Origin: Macrostomum lignano
Taxonomy: Eukaryota
Assembly: GCA_002269645.1 (NCBI GenBank)
Contig: NIVC01003178.1
Coordinates: forward strand, 49,890-113,889
Direction of reading: 5' to 3'
DNA length: 64,000 bases
A program made the translations under genes and the position numbers. The notes under the pieces were generated by a model that was not told where the DNA came from, did no database searches, and saw only the letters and a program-made list of their open reading frames with translations. The first letter of the stretch is position 1, and each line of letters opens with the position of its first letter. Shown here in pieces: positions 58,981-64,000 of the stretch.

Positions 58981-60345
58981 ATGGAGAACAAAAAGGATAT
59001 ACTGAGCATATATGAGGACAAAACTTTTAGCTTTTTCAAAAAGAAAGAAGACTATATTAAGATTTCTCCAACTCCAGGTAGCACTAATAATCTCAATGTT
59101 GCAGGAGGTCAAATAGTTCATGAAGTCAATTCAACAGAGTCATACATTCTCATGTCAGAGGCATTCGGTTGTATAAAATACTCAATAACACAACGAGATA
59201 ACACCGACTTGAATACGAACATTACTCTAGAACATAATTGGCCTATGAGACTTTTCTCTCAACTCATAGTTGACATTGGAGGAACAAAGAAAGTCTATAA
59301 TGATCCTGGAGAGTATGACACAATCTTAAAGTCCGTAATGTACTCAAAATTAATGAATGAAGTTGGAGAAGCATACGGATGGATTCCAGACACTGGAGAT
59401 GCTGGGACTGTTTCTGATATACCTCTAGCAAACAACGCAGATGCTGAAGCTGTGAGAACTGCAGCAATCGCTATGAAAAATAGACTCAATAAGAAGGATT
59501 CGAATACTGGATACATTAGGAGGCTTGAAAATTATAACAATGTCACTAATGCTCCAAACAGAGGTGGAACAATCAAACTATCATTAACACCTCTCATTGG
59601 GTTCCTTGATTGGCAGAAGATTAGCAAAGGAATTAAATATAAATTCACATGGACAAGAAAGACTAACGATGCTGAAATTTTCTTTGGAGCTGCCGGGACG
59701 GAAGCTAAGTTAACTATTAATAGCTTTGAGATTTGGATCCCTGCTATTACTTTGTCACCCAGTGCTGAAGCAGCTTTTCTAAAATCACTCAACAAGGACA
59801 TTACAGTATCATTTCCAGAGAGGGTAACGGTTCCACCACAACTCATTCAAGGAAGTCCATATACATGGAACATAGCCAACATCTCCAATATGCCACTTGC
59901 AATCTTTGTAGCTTTCAAATATGACGTAAACAACCCATCATATATAGTTAATGATCACAAGTATGTGTCTTACAAAACTGGAGCAAATTCAGTGAAAATA
60001 ACCCAGCTTCAAGTCAGATTAAATCAGGTGATGTATCCGAATGATTATGTTGAAATTGATCCAGTAGCTCAAGACATTCACAGAGCGTATGAAATGTACG
60101 AAGACATCTGCAGCCGTTTCGGTGTAACTCCTCCATTCAATAAACAAGACTTTCTAACCATCTATCCAATCTTTTGCTTTGATCTAACAGCTCAAGATGA
60201 GTTTCTGGTCAAGAGTGGAGTGAATATTCAATTATTTATCAAGAAGTCAACAAATGTTGAGCTGACTGCTTTTGCACTAATTCTTGAACAAACAAAGAAT
60301 GTAATAAAAGTTACCAGTGAATATCAAATGACCCGCGTCGAATAA
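58981..60345 (+). CDS. Major capsid protein (double jelly-roll, Polinton/adintovirus hexon)
   Basis: Intact 454 aa, beta-rich; NWPMRLFSQL, VRLNQVMYP, YPIFCFDLT resemble Polinton MCP motifs; sits next to the ATPase. Confidence 0.8.
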   Translation: MENKKDILSIYEDKTFSFFKKKEDYIKISPTPGSTNNLNVAGGQIVHEVNSTESYILMSEAFGCIKYSITQRDNTDLNTNITLEHNWPMRLFSQLIVDIGGTKKVYNDPGEYDTILKSVMYSKLMNEVGEAYGWIPDTGDAGTVSDIPLANNADAEAVRTAAIAMKNRLNKKDSNTGYIRRLENYNNVTNAPNRGGTIKLSLTPLIGFLDWQKISKGIKYKFTWTRKTNDAEIFFGAAGTEAKLTINSFEIWIPAITLSPSAEAAFLKSLNKDITVSFPERVTVPPQLIQGSPYTWNIANISNMPLAIFVAFKYDVNNPSYIVNDHKYVSYKTGANSVKITQLQVRLNQVMYPNDYVEIDPVAQDIHRAYEMYEDICSRFGVTPPFNKQDFLTIYPIFCFDLTAQDEFLVKSGVNIQLFIKKSTNVELTAFALILEQTKNVIKVTSEYQMTRVE

Positions 60346-60366
60346 GGTCATTTTTTCTTTTTTTAA

Positions 60367-61140
60367 ATGCCCAAAGTAAAATTTCAGCATGATCCTATTT
60401 TCCCTAATCCTCTTTTATGTTGTATTATCGGCGCTACAAATACGGGTAAAACATATTTACTATTCCATATTCTTACAAGTCCTGAAAAACTAGTTGACTT
60501 TAATGAGTTAGTTTTATATGTTCCCAGAGCATCTCAAATGGATCCAGAGTATCAGTTTCTAAAGCATGGCTTTGAAAATGGTCTCCCACCTTCTCTTATC
60601 AACTCCCTCTATCATGTCTACCAGGTGAGTGAGGATGCATCTCCTGAAGATATTAAGCATATTTGTAACGAGGCAGCCGACCTTGGTGGAGTGCAAAGCA
60701 CATCAGAAAATTCAGAAGTAATAGAGAAAATTTCTGTCACTCTTTCCCATACTCCAAATGAAGAAATTTTTCATAATGGACTAAAGACATGTGTGATATT
60801 GGACGATGTTTTGGGAGAGGCTAATCAAACATTTCAGGAAAGTCTGTTTCAGAGAGGCAGGCATGGAAACTGTTGTGGTTTTTATCTAGCTCAAAATTTT
60901 ACCAAACTAGATCGCAATACTGTCAGGGAGAATACGACATGTTACATAATCTTTAAACAAAAAGATACAAACTTAAATCACATTGCTAGAAATATAGAAA
61001 CGAATTATGAACCCGCTATATTCAAGGCTAAATGTAGAGAGGCTTGGAAAAAGAAGTATGGCTATATCTATATAAATACAAGAGCTGATGAGGATGAGCA
61101 AGATTTGTATAAGGATGTTCTAACTAAAATCCCATTGTAA
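60367..61140 (+). CDS. A32/FtsK-like DNA packaging ATPase
   Basis: Walker A GATNTGKT, Walker B CVILDD, RGRHGNCCGFYLAQ, VREN; intact 257 aa. Confidence 0.92.
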   Translation: MPKVKFQHDPIFPNPLLCCIIGATNTGKTYLLFHILTSPEKLVDFNELVLYVPRASQMDPEYQFLKHGFENGLPPSLINSLYHVYQVSEDASPEDIKHICNEAADLGGVQSTSENSEVIEKISVTLSHTPNEEIFHNGLKTCVILDDVLGEANQTFQESLFQRGRHGNCCGFYLAQNFTKLDRNTVRENTTCYIIFKQKDTNLNHIARNIETNYEPAIFKAKCREAWKKKYGYIYINTRADEDEQDLYKDVLTKIPL

Positions 61141-61142
61141 AA

Positions 61143-61870
61143 ATGACTAATGAATATATAAGAGAACTCATTAATTTAGCAAAGCAGCGAGAAATGTACA
61201 AATCCAGAAATGATGCTCAACGCTATTTGAAAATTGGAGAAGAGAGTTTATATGCAAGAGTGGCTCCATTAGCTCAAAAACCTGTCACAGAAAAGCTCGA
61301 TGAATTTATTGATGTCAATGCCAACCTTGTTGATAAACTTCAGAATCAAAAAGTTCCAGTTCCGCAATCAAGTACACCAAAAGGCCGATTTGAACCCTAG
61401 AAGTATTTGACAAAATAATTGAAGAAATTGAAAGATTCAATAACTCAAAGACCAGCGCCTAGTATACGGATTCAAAAAACTGATGCTGGATATATATTTG
61501 GATCATCTGTAATAGATGTTGAATTCCATGAACAAGGTCGAGACATCATTGTCAATGAAGTTCGAATGCCATTTTCTGAAGATCTTGAAGAGTTGTTCAA
61601 AATGCCTAAAGTAACTGAAAATGGTGAAGAGCTGAAGCAATTCAAGATGCAAACATTGCAGGATTATGTTAACCTCATTGAACATTGTAAAAATCCAGCG
61701 GCCAAATCAAGTGGGAATTATAAGCAAGCAGTAAGGATATTGAAAGATAATCCACCAGGATATCGAGTAAAACCGGGATCTGGACTCAGTGAAAGAGTGT
61801 TGACATTACTAGCCGCAAAAGCAGGGACATAACAATGTTGATAAAGAGCTAGTAGAATTACTTGCTTAAA
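61143..61870 (+). CDS. Conserved Polinton protein of unknown function, split by frameshifts (ORFs 61143-61400, 61419-61832)
   Basis: PVTEKL N-terminal motif; C-terminal GSGLSERVLTLLAAKAG/NNVDKELVELL resembles a C-terminal motif I recall from Polinton proteins. Confidence 0.5.
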
Positions 61871-61871
61871 A

Positions 61872-62657
61872 ATGGAAAAAGAAATAGAAAAAGTCAACAT
61901 CCTCTTGAGTAAAAAGTTTCAACGCACATTTGACTTCTTTTCAATTAAAAACCCATTTCGACAAACTCTAGGCACTCCTATAAATTTGTATGAAGATCGA
62001 GAATACGAAGCTGGTATAAAAAAGTTTGCAGTCTTTGATGCTATTAACAATATTGAAGGAGGCAATAATGAGTTGCGATACTCGAGGGATAGTGGTAGAA
62101 CATGGAAAAAATAAAGATTCAAGGATCTTGGGAAGTTAAAAGTCTGTCAAGCGAGATTCAAAGATTGCTAACAGCTGCAAATGATTGGAAAGAGGGGGCT
62201 ATTGTTTTCAGTGCAAGCCTAGACACGCGTAGAGTTGAGTTACGGTTAGCCACAGAGTATCAAGTTGATTTCAGGGATGCACATTCCAATAACTTTAGAA
62301 GACTGTTGGGATTCAATTCGAAGTGTATTTGAAACCATTTGAGAGAGCTCCAAATCCAGCTCGGATAGACGGAGCTAGAAGTGCGATCATGGTTCGTTGT
62401 CTCAATATCAAAGGGGGTTTTATCACTGATCCAGCCAATGGAATCATTTAATTGATAAGCAAATACTTCTTTCAATTCCATCGTTCTCTGTCCCAATGGG
62501 AAGTAAAATTATTCAAGAACCTGCAAATCCTGTGTACCTACCACTAACTACAAACATGTTGAGCACATTCGACTTTGTCATCGAAGATGAGTCTGGTGTT
62601 CTATACGACTTTGATGGCGAGGAAATATTTATAAATCTACACGTACGACAAATATGA
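61872..62657 (+). CDS. Minor capsid protein (penton, single jelly-roll), with about 2-3 frameshifts
   Basis: INNI..GNN.LRYS, W..I.I..GSWEV, LLGF, and C-terminal SVPMGSKIIQEPANPVYLPL..DESGVLYDFDGEEIFINLHVRQI. Confidence 0.75.
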
Positions 62658-62666
62658 GTGTTAAAA

Positions 62667-63094
62667 ATGAGCGAAGCTGAGACATGGAATGCATTTAAAC
62701 AAAAGTTTGGACTGACACTACGACTAATATTGATCTGATAAATTGGGCAAAATATCTCAAGTTAAAACCATTTCGCTATGCCATGAGAGATGAAATTGTT
62801 GATTTACCACAGTATGGTTACTTTATGACAAATATTCACACTTCGAAGAACGGGTATACATCATTCAGCTATATTTTCAGCTCCTGATAAGGTTTATTTT
62901 TTTGATTCCTATGCACTACACCCCACACTGGAAATTATGGAAAAGTTTAATCACACAAAGAATAGAATATGTGGAGACATGGAAAAACAAATTCAAACTT
63001 TGATAAGAAATATTTGTGGTCAAATGTCGCTGTACTTTTTACACGAATCGATAAAGGAGATAGCTATAATGAAATTTTGCAGCAATTAAAATGA
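62667..63094 (+). CDS. Adenain-like cysteine maturation protease, frameshifted
   Basis: TNIDLINWAK.L, NIHTS..G.HH, YFFDSY, IQ....NICGQMSLYFL pieces (His-Asp-Gln-Cys order) spread over shifted frames. Confidence 0.7.
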
Positions 63095-64000
63095 GTTACA
63101 AGAATACTGCAATCAATTTGGTTACTCGTCAAATTCAAATGATATAGCGCCTGGAATAACAATAGCGTTAGCTGATGATCGTACATCAATGAAAATGAAG
63201 GATATAAGAGAGAGGAAATAGATAATTTATTGTTAGCAAAGAGAAATGTTGCAGACTCTTAATTCAAAGGAAGATAGTGACCAATGAATAATCAGCCATG
63301 CTACAATTAATTGACGATGCTCATGGGCGCTAAACAATGTCTACACAAAACCGAAATTGACACTAAGATGTATTCTAAAAACCGAAATTTACACTTTGTA
63401 GCAGAAAGGCAAGGTACTGTGGGGGTACAGAGAGTTCGAAATTAGTCAATATTCTTCATTACTGACTTCAACGCTTCCCATCCTGACATGAAAGTGACCG
63501 CTTCTCATAACTCTTCAGCAGCATATCATGTTGCAGATTCAAACCAGCTTCAGAATGGAGCAGTGTAGATGACTGCAGACAAGCTGGATACGATTCAATT
63601 TCTGAAAAGAGCTAGGAAAGTTGTAGAGATAAAGTTGGAAGGAGAGGTGTGGCCTGGTTGTCTGTTAGTGTGAGCCTAAATGGAAAAACTGGACACCTGT
63701 TGAACAAAGTGCACCCATTGAAGCTACGAAGAGGCAATGCACATCTTAGGAAAAAAATACCCAATCCCTCATATTATTTCCATTATTCCTCTAATTTTTC
63801 TGGTTCCGTAAAGCTTACAAAATTGAATTACTTGAGAGACAAACAGTGGTTAATGATTTAGTGTGGCCTATAGATAGACTTCAAGCTGTACCAAAGCTAT
63901 ACGTAGACAATGCACTTGAATCAGTGGAGCTGCGACTTAAGGCGGGGACTAGGTTTCAATCTTATACAGGATATATTCCCCACTAGCAACACGTCAAAAC
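63091..64000 (+). pseudogene. Fibre-like ORF remnant, heavily frameshifted, runs off the window
   Basis: Repeats of the YxKxEID type (GYKREEIDNLL, YTK.EIDTK, YSK.EIY) in shifting frames; starts at an AAAATG. Confidence 0.35.

Larger units (their letters stand above)
55363..64000 (+). mobile_element. Endogenous Polinton/Maverick (adintovirus-like) element; continues past the window end
   Basis: Tightly packed co-oriented ORFs for rve integrase, major and minor capsid, A32-like ATPase and adenain-like protease. The candidate terminus begins AGTAGTAG; the left boundary is inferred. Confidence 0.9.

Noticed and set aside
55363-64000. Protein-primed DNA polymerase B of the Polinton
   Set aside because: No pPolB motifs were seen; the gene presumably lies beyond the window or is absent.

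Overview
Animal nuclear DNA with GC-rich exons and introns filled with minisatellites. This architecture is reminiscent of Macrostomum-type flatworm assemblies, which is an inference only. 1-48 kb holds the 3' part of a class C GPCR (mGluR-like, +) and seven co-oriented minus-strand genes: TAF6, ANKRD49-like, NDUFAB1, APH1, AMACR, CEP57-like and CCDC6. Two AT-rich, CpG-depleted blocks lie at about 17.7-23 kb and 48.2-54.8 kb. From about 55.36 kb to the window end is an endogenous Polinton/adintovirus-like element encoding a PLA2-integrase fusion, two small core-like proteins, major capsid, packaging ATPase, penton, adenain protease and a fibre-like ORF; no pPolB is in the window. The main discovery is an 880-nt group I (IC1-like) self-splicing intron (56019-56898) that interrupts the Ca-binding loop of the viral PLA2 gene. 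In its P2.1 loop it carries a PD-(D/E)xK nuclease resembling type II restriction enzymes of the Eco47II (GGNCC) kind. The intron-less exon junction would read GGT^CC, and a manual scan found no GGNCC site anywhere in the 8.6 kb of viral sequence. This suggests a restriction-enzyme-derived homing system in an animal DNA virus.
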